From assembly GCF_009914755.1 (NCBI RefSeq), contig NC_060940.1: 64,000 bases of DNA; one strand, written 5' to 3'. Origin of the DNA: the human T2T-CHM13v2.0 reference genome, Homo sapiens. The stretch's first letter is position 1; each line of letters starts with the position of its first letter. Shown here one piece after another: positions 51,509-64,000 of this stretch. The translations under genes and the position numbers were made by a program. The notes beneath the pieces were generated by a model. That model was given only the letters and a program-made list of their open reading frames with translations. It was not told the origin of the DNA and made no database searches.

Positions 51509-53517
51509 TAAGTTATTGATTATCTTTTAATGTTTTATTACAAATCTTTATAAGATATTGTGTGTATTATTCTGTCCTATTTAACCTAGATCCCTGAAGA
51601 TAACTGAATCTCTTATCGATGACCCATAACCTGTTCCCTTCTTTGTGTGCTGCTAAAATTTGTACAACTATTTGCCCTTTCGTTAAATGGCCTCTGATTG
51701 CCATACTTCTGAATACTTTATCTATTTTGTTATCTTGGTCCTTCTACCTTAGTGATGTGCTATTCACATGTATTCCCTGTTATTAATGGGTTAAAAATGG
51801 TAATATTCTTCCTTGATTTTCTAAATGTGCTTTTCTCGGTTGTCTACAGCTGGGGGATCAGACAGTCAAGTCTGCTAGGATTGTGTCTGAAGTGGGACTC
51901 ACTAGGTCATGAATGAGATCCTTAGGTGCCCTCATTAAATACATGAAAGATTTTCAGAGTCATTTTGTATTTTCTTGCCAATTCTTGGCTCTCGTTCAGC
52001 TGGTTAAGTGTGCGTGATATTTTAAGCCCTGTTAAGTGAGGTATTACTATGTACCAAAGACTTACATAGAAGCAAGTGACTGTAGGCTTTTCAAGTGAAT
52101 TAGTTGACTCTCAGATCTTAGATTTAATTTAGTCCACTCTCTCTATCTCCAGAATTTGAAACCATTCAACAATGTCCCCAGCTGTGTTGTCATCTACACT
52201 CTTTTTGAACAATTGCAGTCGTGGACAGATCAGCTCTCTAATCCGAGTATTGTACTTTGGACAGCTCTCATTATGACAAAACTGTGTTACTCTATGGAAC
52301 GTGATTCCCCAGAAAATTCTCCCCGTAGTACTGGATCTACCTTCTCCTTGGCTTAGTTCTGCCACATGTCCTTTTCCCAATAAGCCCCATGACTGCTCTG
52401 TGGTCAGCACAGATGTCTCCAGGTAAGCCTGAATTCCCCCACCAAAAAAACACAAAAAAACCCTCCTCCACCCTAAGGATAAACACTGGATTTTCCAAGT
52501 CCCATAGAGAGTGTGGGGCTGGCTTTGGAGTCATTTAAGCTGCTCTGGGCTTAATAACGGTAGCCAGATCCAAAGAGCACCACACACCCAATGAGGTCAT
52601 CACCATTCCAGTCCCACTGAGCCTTCCGCAGATGCTACAAGAAATCTGCCCACCAGGCAAGTCACATGTTCAATGTTAACCTGAGAGCTTCTGAATCTGA
52701 ACGGGCCAGGGACTGAAGCTTCCTCCATTTTGGCTGCTGCTCTGGACACTAGCAATGGGCTTTCATCTCCTGAGGGCTCTGACTTGGCAGCATGTACCTA
52801 CACCAGTGTCTCCAATGTCAATTCTTCCTTAACCCTCCATCAGGAAAAAGCACACACACAAAGCAGGTGTTTGTTTTCTTCAGTGATTTGTTCACTCAGA
52901 AATGAGAACTCTTGCCTGTGGGCCAAGATTTTCCTCTTAAGGAAGTGGTGACTCCACCTGACCTCACCCCGCCCCCAACCCCGAGAACCTCCTCTGGCTT
53001 CTATGGGGGTTGCCACTGGGAGTGGGTCCTGGACAGCCTAGGAAGAAAAGTGTCTGGATGATGTAATCCTCTGGCAAAGGAAAGCCTAGCTCAGCTCCTT
53101 GTAGGTGAACTGAGCCCTTGTGCCTGCCTGGCAGAGCAAGTCTAAGGAGGATGAAGCACACAGCATTGGTGATCTCAACAGCCACCCTCCCCATAGATTA
53201 AAAAATTGCTACCCATAACATATGGATACCTATAGCCTTGAGCAAGATTAGAAAGACCTTGTCCAGAGCTTCCTTTGTCCAGACGTTCAGTATTTTTTCA
53301 TCTGTAAAATCAGTGAATTGGACCACAAGGTTTTGAAAGTGCCCTTTAACTCTAATATTCATCGACTTACTGGGTCCAAGTGGGTTATTTGGGGGAAGGG
53401 GCACCAAACTATGTCTACTCACCCTTCCTTTCCAAGACAGTCAATGAAGCACCTTTGCACACAATTGGCATTGATCATGCCAGGATGCCCAGCAGACCCT
53501 AAGGTGACTGTCTCAAT

Positions 53518-53802
53518 TGTCATCGCTGCCATCATCATTCTCATCATTACCATCAGCATGATAACATGATCACCATGATAAAACGATCACCATGAGCATC
53601 ACCATCCTGATCACTGTCATCACCATCCTCATCACCATCATCCTCACCATCATTACCACCATCACCACCACCACCATCATCACCATCATCCTCATCATCA
53701 TTACCACCATCACCATCTTCATCACCATCATCATTACCACCATCACCACCACCATTATCACCATTCCTACCATCATCCTCCTCCTCCTCATCGTCATCAT
53801 CA
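53518..53802 (+). repeat. Imperfect (CAT/CAC)n trinucleotide tract
   Basis: About 285 bp of catcac/catcat units. Confidence 0.95.
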
Positions 53803-55779
53803 AGGTCACGAGCATTTTGGGATGTTTAGATGGAGCTAAGATTCAAGGTGACTAGTGGTTGTTCTGAAGGTGATACACTGTCTCTCACTCAGTGAACATA
53901 GAAATTGTATTATATACTGCCTATTTTGGCTTTCATCTTGACAACACCCCTTTGCATCTAATTCCCCAACACTGCTCTTTTGACTACTTGCAGACGGTTT
54001 AGAAAATGATTATAGAGAGGAGGTATTGCTTTTATCATTTAATGGAGTGATTCTGTAACGAAGATGCAACATGTGGGTGGTAAAATACAGTGAAGGAAAC
54101 AGACAAATAGACTCCTTGTTTTGACCACATCCTGTTGCCCCTTTGTGATGTGTCCCTGTTTGTTGAAATCAGGTGCTGAGTATCCAGTGAATTTCATGCA
54201 CATGAGCAGAAAAGGCAGCAAACAGAGAGAGAGAGCAAACTTTCTCAGGGCACCGGGTTCTCACTTCCTCACACTGAAGTCTAGAATAAAAGCATTTTTA
54301 AGGAACACTAAAAATATCTCCATACAGTCATGGAGTAAAATCAAAGTCTTGAGCACTATCTACATTAGAGTTCCCCAAATTCTTATGATGACCATTAATT
54401 TATTGTCTAAATAGGGACCCATTTGAAAATGAAAGGACGCACTAGAACCAATTAGTAGACGTTAATTAATTCACAACTAGCCTCCATTAAACTGTCCTAG
54501 CACAACTAGGATGTATAGTCAGCCTACAAACACAGACCTTCAGTTCAGCAGATCTAGAACAAATTTGCACCAAACAATAAATGAGAAAAATGACAATGTA
54601 AATATGTACAAATGTGTTGTAAGACTGTTAACTGCCCTTTCCTGGGGCAATCTATTCTTTATCTATCATTGTGTTCTTTCCACTTTTTTGTGTTAAAATG
54701 TTCTTTTTAAAATAAATTAAGTGGTCATGGGGGTAGATGATAGGGTTTCATCATTTTTGTTAATCTGTTTGCTTGTTATTTTTTGATTACTTAATTGGCA
54801 CATAAAATCTGATGAACCTATGTCAATCCACCCATATTCATTTTTAGTTTCCTGGTCTCTGTAATCCTCAAATCTGGGACTACTTATCTGGACCTTTCCA
54901 GCTCACTGGGAAAGGATCATTTGCTCCATGAGTGAGGACATCCCTACTTGAGTCTCAGCCTGTCTGCTGCCCCACATTCATGTCCATTCTCAGAACCACC
55001 TATTCTTCCAATTGTGCTAAATTATTTTTTCTCAAATATTTTTATTACTATTTTTTAACCTTGATCTTCCTCCCCATGAAAACATGAAAAGGCAGCTTCC
55101 TCTCTTCCATCAACCCATCCCCAGACATCCCCCACCGCAAGCAATGGCAGCTCCTCCATCATCACAGATACTGGAATTTGTCTCAGAACCATCTGGCATG
55201 CATCACTATGCAAACGACGTCCTCACCGGAGGGAGCCCAAAGGGAGATTGCTATCTCAAGCCCCCATGTAGGGTGGTTGTTATTTTTAAAGGCAGCTCAT
55301 TCAGCCACTGCAGGGAACTAATTTCTTTTCAACACTGCCACAGCACCCATCCTGAAGTTAGGGAAGCTGGACAGAGATGGAGGAGGTGGGGGTGGGGGAA
55401 CTATTATTAGCATGATTTCTAGGATCAAAGTCCTTTATGACCTAAAAGATCTAGGCTGTTAAATTATAAATCAGGGTTTAATTAGAGTCTTGTCCATCAA
55501 CTTTTATCCCTGCTTCAGTTTGGGCAAATGGCTCTTGCTTTGGCAGGTCGTTTCTTAAGTGTTTCGGAGATTATAAGCTCCGGTATTCATGTCAAACAGA
55601 GGAGCAGATGTGCGGTGGTTTTCCACCCCTAAAGAGTGGAAAGTGGAGATGCGTTTCATTTGCTTTAGCAAAAATAACTGCAGATATGAAAGTTTAAAAG
55701 TCTCGAGGCATCTACACCTTGCTCATTCTGGGGCAAAGATGAAGCCACAACTGAAGCCTGCTAGGAAGCAGAGGTTAAA

Positions 55780-56217
55780 GAGCCTGAGATTTTTGCTCAC
55801 CACTGAACTCGGAATTCTGACTCTGATAACCCTGGACAACTTATTTAGCTTCTCTAAGCTTCATTTCCCCTCAGTTCTGTGATAAAGATAGTGATAGTAG
55901 CTACTCATGGAGTTGTAAAGAATATTATTTTATAGAACTACTATTTATTGGGCACCTGGTATATGACAGGCACCGGGTTAAGCTTTGGGAGTCCTATTGT
56001 CAATAAAACAAAGAAAATCTTTTGTGGAGCTTAAATTCTGGACAGGAGAGAGAGGGAGAAACAACAGACCAATAAAGAAATAAACATGATATAATGAAGA
56101 AAAATGAGTAGTGTGTAGGGAGAAAAATAAGAAGGAGGTACTGAGATACTAAGTGAGCAAATGTATGTTGAGAAGTTAGCACAGTGCCTAGCAGATAAAA
56201 GGGGTCAAATAAAATTA
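55780..56217. mobile_element. MIR (+) pieces with an intervening L2 (-) fragment
   Basis: MIR core ctggacaacttatttagcttctctaagcttcatttcc. L2 minus end atttattgggcacctgg...tggagctt. MIR 3' end ttagcacagtgcctagcaga. Confidence 0.6.
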
Positions 56218-56592
56218 GTGATGATGATGATGATGATGATGATGATAGAGATGGTGGTGAAGGTGATGATTGATGGTGATGGGGTAATGATGATGATGGT
56301 GGTGATAATGGTAGTGACAATGATGATGGTGATGGTGGTGATGATGATGATGATAGTGATGATGGTGATGGTGGCAATGGTGATGATGGTGATAATAGAG
56401 ATAACGATGGAACGTGGTGATGGTGATGGTGGTAATGGTGATGATGGTGATGATGATACTGGTGGTGATGATGATGCTGGTGGTGATGATGATGATGGTA
56501 GTGATGATGATGATGATGATGGTGGTGATATTGGTGATGATAATGATGATGAAGATGACAATGATGATAGGGAGGTCAGTGATGATAATGGT
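56218..56592 (+). repeat. Imperfect (GAT/GGT)n trinucleotide tract
   Basis: About 375 bp of gatgat/gatggt units starting at a MIR 3' tail. Confidence 0.95.
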
Positions 56593-57784
56593 TATTCCTA
56601 AAACTTTCTGGCTACACCAGATCTCTTTTCTTTATTTTCATTCTTGGAAACAACTCTTCAATAACTGATTGGAGTGAAGGGATATCAAAGCTATGCCCAC
56701 TTTTTCTGTTTTCAAGTTGAACTCTTTGCCTTAGATTCGGCCAAAGGTTTTGGAGTAAGTGTTCAACTAGACATTTATTAAAAAGCAACATACACACACA
56801 GCCTAAGAAAGCATTCAAGCTAGGAAAGAAAAGGGGTTCTTTGTGTTTTACTACTTGGCAATAAGTTTGTATTAAATCAGAACAAGACAGATTCTGTGTA
56901 GACAGGAGCTCTTGGAACCAGCTTTTCTAACTGCCCCGAGCTGCACATGGCTGAGTGCCTTTCAACCACACCTGTGCCTTTTATTAAATTCAGGAAGGAA
57001 AACTCTTGGACCACCTTGTTCCATTACTAATTTAGTACTGCAAAGCAAAACAGCAAAGAGGAATGAATTTATCTCGGGCCCTCAGCCCCTTTATAATTTT
57101 GGGGTCATCCATTAGCAAGAAAATGATGGTCATTTCCCTATGTCCCCACAACAGTGGAGGAATGTCTCCATTCCTAGGGTGCCTCTGGCTTCATCCCAAA
57201 TATGAAGCCATCATGTTCATCTAGTTTGGGACAAAAATCCCTATGTATTCACCATTGAGGCAGGGGCCAAGCTAAGCCAGAGAATTAATCATTCTCACCC
57301 ATTCCTCCCTCGCTGTGATGAGTGATGGGGAGGAGACAAAAGGAGATGAAAAGCACTAAGGGAGTCCCAAATCTTGCTGCTTATGTCCCTCCAGACACAG
57401 TAAGAGTGAAAGCATTTGGCTAAATTAAGGACCATACAAAGTATGTAGTTAATTAATATTACACTACCAGAAAGGATAAAAAAAAAAGTTTTATTATTTG
57501 AGGATTTTGGGTTGCAATGAAAACATTTCTAACTTAAGAAAAAAGGAATTCATGAATTGTTCTGGGATAGCTCATGGGCTTGGAAGCAGAATTCCAGAAC
57601 CAGATCTCAGAAAGGATGGAAACTGGGACAGCTTGGGGGCCTCCAGAGACCACTGTCAGAATGAGTGAACACCAACTCTTTCTAGCTTTGGGGTCAATTA
57701 ACACCAGATTCAAATTCCAGGGAGAGCAGAGTTTGTCAGGCTGGCCCCACTTGGGTGACATGCCCAGTCCTTGGCCTCGGGGGA

Positions 57785-58142
57785 TGCCTCAGTTCGTCTG
57801 TGCTGCTTTAACAATGTACCAAGGTCTGAGGGGCTTAGAGAACAGATATTTATTTCTCACAGTTTTGGAGGCTGGCAATCCAAGATCAAGGTGCCGGCAG
57901 GGAGGGTTTCTTCTAAGGCCATCTGCTTGCTGTGTCCTCACAGTCTTTCCTTAGTGTGTGTCTATGTCCTAATCTCCACTTCTTTTAAGGACACCAGTCC
58001 TATTGGATTGGGGTCCCACCCCTGTGACCTCATTTAACCTTAATTGCATCCTTAGAGACATTATCTCCAAATACAGCCCATTAAGTTTAGAGTATCAGTA
58101 TTTGAATTTAAATGCAGGGGCGGTACAATTCGGTTCATAACA
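57785..58142 (-). mobile_element. MaLR solo LTR (MLT1A/B-like)
   Basis: atttatttctcacagttttggaggctggcaatccaagatcaaggtgcc...acctcatttaaccttaatt...cataaca. Perfect 5-bp TSD gggga (57780-57784 and 58143-58147). Confidence 0.9.
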
Positions 58143-58206
58143 GGGGAACTGGCACTTTGATTGATAAATCACTTAAGGCGTGGAGATCCAAAGAAGGGAG
58201 GATGAA

Positions 58207-58485
58207 CCTGTAATCCCAGCACTTTGGGAAGCCAAGGCGGGTGGATCACCTGAGGTCAGGAGTTCGAGACCAGCCTGACCAATACGGTGAAACCCTGTCT
58301 CTACTAAAAATACAAAAATTAGCTGGGCATGGTGGCATGTGCCTCTAGTCCCAGCTACTCAGGAGACTGAGGCAGGAGAATTGCTTGATCCCAGGAGGTG
58401 GAGGTTACAGTGAGCTAAGATCGCACCACTGCACTCTAGCCTGGGTGACAGAGCGAGACTCCATTTAAAAAAAAAAAAAAAGAAG
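58207..58485 (+). mobile_element. Alu (AluSx-like), slightly 5'-truncated
   Basis: Starts at cctgtaatcccagc. Perfect 16-bp TSD aagaagggaggatgaa (58191-58206 and 58486-58501). Confidence 0.96.
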
Positions 58486-60209
58486 AAGAAGGGAGGATGA
58501 ATGCTAGGTCCAAATATAGACACTCCAGAGACATCAGTGAGAATAGGCCAAGCACAGGAGTGCTGGAATGACCATGACCTGCTGCCATCCTCCCAGAAGC
58601 ACACGTTCGGGGCAGGATGCAAAGGACCACAATATAGACAGAGGCCATGGAACTGAGGGGTGGCAACACAGAGAGGAGAGACTTTTAACTGTGCCTGGCA
58701 AGGCAGAGGCAAGGTGGGCTTCAGAGGAAGAGGGCAAGCCTGAGCTGGAGGATGAGCAGCCACCTCCAAGGAGGTCAGTGAGCGTGAACTCTGCCCAGTG
58801 CTTTGCAGATCCTGGGGAATGCTGTCTGCTTGTTGCTTGTGGGCTTGGGCCCCAAGTGGGTGTGATGGAGACAGTGGCCAGGGCTCGGCACCCCTGCTGG
58901 GGGAGAACTAACCGCCTTGTTTTCTGAAAAGCTGCCCAGGCAACCTCTCCCCCTGCAGCTGTGGAAGACCTTTCACCGTGCTACCCATGGGCCTGGAATA
59001 CTCGCTCCCCAACTGATCCAAATGTACCTGTTCTGTGCTTTGTCCTAGGTGCGATGTATGTTCATTCATTGGTTTATTATCATTTTCCTCTCGGGATCTT
59101 GGAAATTGGTCATTTGCTAAAATAACCTCATTCAACATGCTAATGGGTTTTCACCCATCAATGGGCTTCTTTTAAAGGTCACAAAACTCTATTTTCCAAG
59201 GCCCGCTAGCCACACCAGCTCAGAGGATTGATTTAATGAGTTGTCATTTTAACCATGTGACAAGTCAGTTGCAGGAGACATGAATTAAGTTTTTAACACT
59301 TGCTATCTTGTATTTAATTACAAAAGGAATGTGCTTTTGTATTTTAGGAAATTTGGAAGATACAGAAGATATATGTAGAAAAGGGGAATCACATATAACA
59401 TCACTGCCAAGGGGTAACCAAGGTGAATATGTTGCTATGTGTTTGATTACTTTCAAGTCTCATTGTCTGCCTGCACACACAGAACACAGTTCATGGAGCA
59501 GTACGTTAAGTTCTGTGCAGGACCCCACTCTGCCCCTTCCACTGCAGAGGGAAGCGTGTCCGCAGGCTCCTTACGGGGAAAGTGCAGCTGGATCCGGGCT
59601 GCTTGGCATTCTCCCATGGGACGACTTTGTAATTTATTTATCAAGCCTCTATTCTTGGACATTGACATCACTCCCAAATTTATCCCCTTCTTAAAAATGT
59701 GGTGATAAACAGCAAACTTTCTAGCACATAAACTTCTGTGTGCATCTCAGGTTATGTCCCAGGGATCACAGCCTAGAAGCAGAATTATTAGACTGGAGGA
59801 TGAAAAACTTCAGTTTCTTGCTACACATGGGCAGTTACAAGTCCTGGACATTTATGCTCTAGGGGAGACGATTTGCTTTCCTGCAAGTCTCACCATTTCG
59901 ACTCTTCATTTCCCTGTCTCTGAATCTGGCTGCTGCAGAGGCCAGGGTTGGCAGGCGGTGTTTCAGGGGTCACTTGGATCACTAGCTCCGGGACAGTTTC
60001 TCCTGCAACATGCTGGTAACATCTCTCAACCCACCCTTAGGCTCCGCAAGAGGTGGTGCCCATCATTTCTGCCCATATCCCATCAGTCAACACCCGCTTG
60101 CCCAGCTCCACTTAGAGGCTGCAGGGTTGGCCTATGGTCTAGCGTTGCTAGGGCCAGAGGGAACCCCGATACGGGATGCTGGTGAACTAGCCACTCTTTG
60201 GCATCAAAA

Positions 60210-60875
60210 ATGATGAAAGTCTCCATGAAGATTACACAGCCAGGAAGGGGCAGAGCTGGAATCCAAGCCCAGGTGGTTCAGCCCGGAGCCACAATCCACT
60301 TAACTCATTCACAGACCCTTGTAATGGGCCCAGCTGTATTTTGCCCTGGGGACCGAGCAGTGAGCAAAATGGATAAAAATATGAACCAAAGAAGAAAACG
60401 AATAATAAATAAATGCATAAGTAACATAGCCGTATGACTATGGAGAGGAGCTGACAGGTGAGGCGGGGACCCGGGTGGCTGCAGGGTCGCTGTAAGCCGG
60501 CCTCTGTGGTGCGGGTGGTGCAGAGGGGCATGAGCACAGAGCTACCATCTGACCGAAGGCTCGTGGCCCTCCAGCTGCTGGGCTGGAAGCAGTCTGCAGG
60601 GGGCCAGGGTGGGAGCTGACGGCAGTTGCCCAGGTGATAGGTGGGCTAGGATGGTCTAGCGCCACAGCAGAAGAGTTGGGAGGGGTGCAGGCTTAAGGCG
60701 AAGCCAGCAGGATTTGCTAATGGATTGGGTATGGGCGGTAGGGCAGAGTGATCCATTGACGCGCCCCTGGGGTTGACCTGAGCAGCTTGGCAAGAATGCA
60801 GGAAGAACAGGCATGGATGGTGGGTGGCGGGTGAGTTGGGATGATGTCAAGAGTTTAGGTCTGAACATGAGAAAT
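60210..60875 (-). mobile_element. MIR fragment plus degraded L2
   Basis: acacagccaggaaggggcagagctggaatccaagcccagg (MIR). gcaggatttgctaatggattgg...gacctgagcagcttgg...agtttaggtctgaacatg (L2). Confidence 0.55.
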
Positions 60876-62744
60876 CTCCAAATTCAAGATCCTGAAGGAG
60901 TGAGTCCAACATGACAGAGTATTTTGCCTGGTGCCTGGCACCTGCAAAATCCTCAGAAACGCTGACTCCTGGGCCGACTCCCTACTATCCCAGGGTGGGC
61001 AGGGCCCCGGGCCACGTGACCCTGCTCGCTGCAGTCTTTCCGTGCCTGCGGCTCCTCGCATTCATCTCCCACACGAAAGCCCAGGAAATATGAGCTGCGG
61101 CTGAGTGCGGGCCATCCCGGGAGTCAGGGGAGATGGATGCTCTGTGTGGAGAGGGGCCCCTCCAGGCTCATGCTGGCGGGAGCGGCAACTCCTCTGCCCA
61201 CGCCTCTGGAAACCCGATCGCTCCCTGTCTGTTAGGAAGAGGGACTCACTGGCAGGTGATTATTTTTGCTTTCCCACTTCATATCAAACATACCGAAGAT
61301 TAGTCCCCTCAAAGGCCAGCTGTTGACAAGGAGGCTGGAAGGCAGCGGGAGGACGTTCCCGCTGCTCCTTCTGACCTCATTAGGTCGCTAAGCAGGGAGC
61401 CCCCCAACCCCAGACCCTGGAGGCGCACACAGCAGGAGCTGGGGGCCGGGCTCTGTGGAATGTCAGGAAAGCCCCTGAGGCTGATCTCTGGGCTTGATAA
61501 ACTCAGGTCTCATTTCTTCCAACTCCATGCTCCGGGACACAGCTTCCCTGTTATGGGGCCTCCATAGCACCTGCCCCTCACCCTGGCTTCCTAACACCGC
61601 ATCCTTGCAATCATTTTATTAATCATCCATTACGATTTGTGTAGCACCCATCTCTCCCGCACGACTGTGAGCCGCCTGGGGAGGAAGGTCCACATCTCTT
61701 TGGTCTTCTTAGACCCATTTCAGAGCCTAACATGTGACAGGGGATCAATCCATACTCATGGATTGGCTACTGACATTATCTGCGCAGAATGGAGTGGAAA
61801 AATCTGGGTTGATGAGCAAAAGGGTAAACACAAATACGAATCATCGCTGTCTTCCATCTTGAGCTATGAGATTTTTTAAAAACTTAAATGACAGGCATTT
61901 GCCAGTAATCTAAAACCACTGGTTCCAATCTGTGTCTACAGATGTCACTAGGGGAAGGGGACAACATTATTTTAAGGAAGTCTGATTTTGTGGGCCAGGT
62001 ATTATATTTATTTAAAATTTTTATTATAAAAATTTCCAAACACTTAAAAGTAGGCAAATAGTCTAATGAGCTTTCATAAACCTACTAACTACATTCAAGT
62101 TTTCAATACTCTGCCATGCTTCCCTGATTTCACATCATTTCTTTCGTAAACAAATAATCATCATTTTTAAAAAACAGACATTTTCTTACCTAATAGCAAA
62201 AGCATCCCTAGAGAAAATACGGTCTTGTACATATGAATTGGACTATTATTTTTAACAGTATATGCTGTTCCCATTGCTGGTTTACTAAATTTAATTGAAG
62301 AGTGTTATGGAATTCACAGAAGGCGTTTTTGTCAGTGCATTTTCTCAATACACACATATTAAATCAGATCATCAGACCTTAAATCTTCAGGATTGCTATC
62401 TTGAAGAGTCCATGACATCTTTTTCTGATGTCATACTTGGAAAGGTTGGAAAACTGATTTAAAACTTCATTTCAGCCACAACTCGATTTCTCCCCCAGCC
62501 GATTCTTGATAGAAATTGCAAAGAGAACAAATTGGAGAGGCTGAGGATTCTTCTGCTTTGCCTGGTTTCTGTTGCTACCATCCCATCCAGGTGTTCCCAG
62601 GATCAACTGGCATCAGACAAGAGGTGGCTAGAGGGGGCTAGCCCACAGAGCATGGTTGGGGTGGGTGCAGCTTGGAAATGGCTTTAGTTTCTGAGTTGTC
62701 TGGAAGGATAGACTTAGAGGTTGAGTCCCTGGGACAGTTTGGGC

Positions 62745-62875
62745 CCCAGATAACTCAGCTTTCATCCTAATCTGCTATTTGCCAGCCACAGGCCATTGCT
62801 GGAATCAGTTAACCCCTCTGAACCTCAGAGTTGCCACCTGCAAAATGGGTATAAGAATCCCAACCTCACTACCTA
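62745..62875 (+). mobile_element. MIR fragment
   Basis: ttaacccctctgaacctcag...acctgcaaaatgggtataagaat. Confidence 0.65.
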
Positions 62876-62917
62876 CTCTCCTACTCTCCTTAAAGACCCA
62901 GTTAAGACCATTTAGAA

Positions 62918-63246
62918 CAGCGGTCCCCAACATTTCAGGTACCCAGTTTCGTGGAAGACAATTTTCCACAGGCCTGTTGGGAGGGATGGTTTTGGGATGA
63001 CACTATTCCACCTCAGATCATCAGGCATTCGTTAGATTCTTGTAAGGAGCGTGCAGCCTGGATCCCTCACACGCACAGTTCACGGGACTGTTCCTCTCCT
63101 GTGAGAATCTAATGCCGCCACTGACCTGGCAGGAGGGAGAGCTCAGGCGGCCATGCTTGCTCACCCTCCGCTCACCTCCTGCTGCTCCGGTTACTAACAG
63201 GCCATGGACTGACACCAGTCTGCAGTCCAGGGGCCTGGGACCCCTG
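62918..63246 (-). mobile_element. MER1B (hAT-Charlie MITE)
   Basis: cagcggtccccaac...gtttcgtggaagacaattttccac...gtgagaatctaatgccgccactgac...gggacccctg. About 330 bp. Confidence 0.88.
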
Positions 63247-63689
63247 CTGTAGCAAGCCTTTTGCAAGCTGTTAAGTACTGTGCATGTTTTCCTGGGCACA
63301 CAGGAGTTCTGCCTTTGCAGTGACCTCTGTGCAGGATCCCCATCCTCGGGGATCTTGGAGCTACAGCGAGTCCTGGCGCTCCTGCCACCCACTTGCACTT
63401 TGCTGCTCTCGTCAGTATCTTCATGGGAGCTGCCTCCTCACTGGGCCAGAGCACCTGGCTCTAAGGCAGAGGAATCCAATCCACCAGCAGCTTTTCCTAA
63501 AAGGCCAAACCACCTCGTGGGCCGATCGTTTTTCTCCGTAACATGGCCAAATGGCCACCAAATGGCCGGCCGGCTGGGGCCAAAAAGCCCCTTCCCAGCA
63601 CACACCCCAAAGCTCCGCAGCTACAACCCTCACCTGGCAACAGCCTGCGGAAGGAGGTACAGGGCTGATCTGTGTCCTGTGGTCAAATG

Positions 63690-63850
63690 CATTGGTTCTC
63701 AGTCCTGACTTTGCTCTAGAATCCCTGGGGAGTTTCCCAGGCCTCATCCCAGAGAGGCTGGGTTGGAATCTCTGGCATGGGGGTCTGGGCAGTGGTATTT
63801 GCTGGAAGCTCCCCAGGGAATTCGGATGTGCAGCTGGGGCTGGGAACAAG
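63690..63850. mobile_element. MER5-family MITE
   Basis: tggttctcagtcctgac...tagaatccctggggag...ggaatctctgg...aagctccccagg...atgtgcagc. Confidence 0.7.
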
Positions 63851-64000
63851 CATCTTATCCATCGTTCAGGTCAGCCACAACTTGCTGGTTAAAGTCGGTG
63901 AGAAATGAATCAACCAAATTAGTCATTGGACAAACAAAATTTTAAAGAAGTTTATCTGGTGCCACACGGAGATTGAGCCACAGAGGGCAGACAAAACCTC

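Noticed and set aside
53570-56668. Met/Val-, Ile/Thr-, Ser/Pro- and Asp/Gly-rich ORFs that look like membrane or acidic proteins
   Set aside because: These are stop-free frames of the (CAT)n and (GAT)n simple repeats, with no splice or codon evidence.

Overview
Non-coding human/hominoid genomic DNA, probably intergenic or intronic. I could not name the locus from sequence alone. No intact host protein-coding gene, RNA gene or CRISPR array is supportable. The ORF track is almost entirely chance ORFs from Alus, simple repeats and GC-rich unique DNA. The first 1.8 kb is the 5' end of a minus-strand HERV-H provirus: a complete 453-bp LTR7 that resembles the pluripotency-active LTR7up type, a perfect tRNA-His primer-binding site, the major splice donor and a stop-disrupted gag. 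The rest is a dense mosaic of about 20 Alus, many MIR and L2 relics, L1 3' ends, MaLR/ERVL LTRs, DNA-transposon MITEs (MADE1, MER53, MER3, MER1A/B, MER20, MER30, MER5) and simple repeats. The most notable structures not explained by repeat annotation alone are: a 144-bp quasi-palindrome inside a MIR (31064-31207); a MIR>MADE1>Alu nest with a closely spaced inverted Alu pair; two complementary (CAT/CAC)n and (GAT/GGT)n tracts 2.4 kb apart; a tandem duplication that doubles an NF-kB-like site; and a 105-bp duplication of an LTR/flank junction. I see no evidence of a novel protein-encoded system. Repeat family calls come from my recollection of consensus sequences, not from a RepeatMasker run.
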